Source: Carcharhinus longimanus (taxonomy: Eukaryota). From it: 64,000 bases of DNA. How positions within the stretch are numbered: position 1 is the first letter of the stretch; every line of letters starts with the position of its first letter. The translations under genes and the position numbers were made by a program. Of the stretch, positions 63,259-64,000 are shown piece by piece. A model generated the notes under the pieces. The model was given only the letters and a program-made list of their open reading frames with translations, was not told the origin of the DNA and searched no databases. The DNA is taken from the NCBI GenBank assembly GCA_030264375.1, contig JASCQW010000128.1, positions 18,529,404-18,593,403 of the forward strand, read 5' to 3'.

Positions 63259-64000
63259 TTTCTACCAACCAAAGTTGCAGTGGGATCTTTAAGGTAACTT
63301 AAAGGAATGGTTTCTGATAATAAAAGTGGATATCCTTATTAAAAAGAAAAAGTTATGTTGACAGAGAACCCTTCATGTCCTCAGAACATCCTAAATAGCT
63401 GCACAGCAAATTAATTGCTAAGTTTGTTCTGTAGGAAAATTCAGCAGCCATGAACAGGAATGAGATGGATAGCCAATTAATCTATTTCTTGATGGCATTC
63501 AACAAACTGATTTATTTTTAAGAAATTGTAGTATATAGCTAAAGGAAATGCAATGGATTTTCAGAAATTTTCTGATAAGGTGTCACTAAAAAGACTTGGT
63601 TACAAAAATTATGGCATGCAGTATAAAAAGATACATATTTATTATTGGAAAATGGATGTGGGGCCAAAAATGGTAACTCTAAACAACTGTTTATCAATTG
63701 GTAAGATGATGGTAATGTGGCTCCTTGCCTAAATCCCTGCAGCATCTCTTTATATAAATCCTTTGAAAGATACTGAAATGTATCGATGTTTGAAGGCATT
63801 ACAAATAATGAAAAAAATGCAGAGATTGCAGTACGACAAAGTGGGTTAAGAGTGGGAAGATTTGCGGTAGGCACAGGAAATGGGTAATAGCACGTTGTGA
63901 ATTAAAAGACAATTGCTTAGTTTAAGAAGGATTTTATTAAACATTTGAGTATGTTGAAGAATGCATGGCAAGGCAGGAAAATGGGGTTTGAATAGAAAAC

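Overview
This is vertebrate nuclear DNA, almost certainly from a shark, judged by the HE1-type V-SINEs, CR1/L2 LINEs, Deu-domain SINEs and a 33-bp minisatellite. The assembly is gapped. Two convergent protein-coding genes can be read by hand. (1) USP22 (SAGA deubiquitinase), + strand: 11 coding exons (human-equivalent exons 3-13, 4609-39940) with GT-AG borders and consistent phases, then a ~2.8 kb 3' UTR; exons 1-2 lie upstream of the window. (2) An apparently complete TNFRSF13B/TACI orthologue, - strand, in four coding exons (63258-63153, 61198-61082, 57574-57359, 45930-45620; 249 aa), of which the ORF track shows only the transmembrane exon. Introns are dense with retroelements. The notable non-genic items are a ~180-bp U2-snRNA-headed retroposon with a target-site duplication (TSD), Penelope-derived hammerhead ribozymes (one with an intact core, sense within a TACI intron), a ~1-kb internally deleted Gypsy element retaining both LTRs, PBS and PPT, and a minisatellite with a 99-bp higher-order period. 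Repeat boundaries are approximate, and family names and human/mouse comparisons come from recalled sequences, not from a database search.
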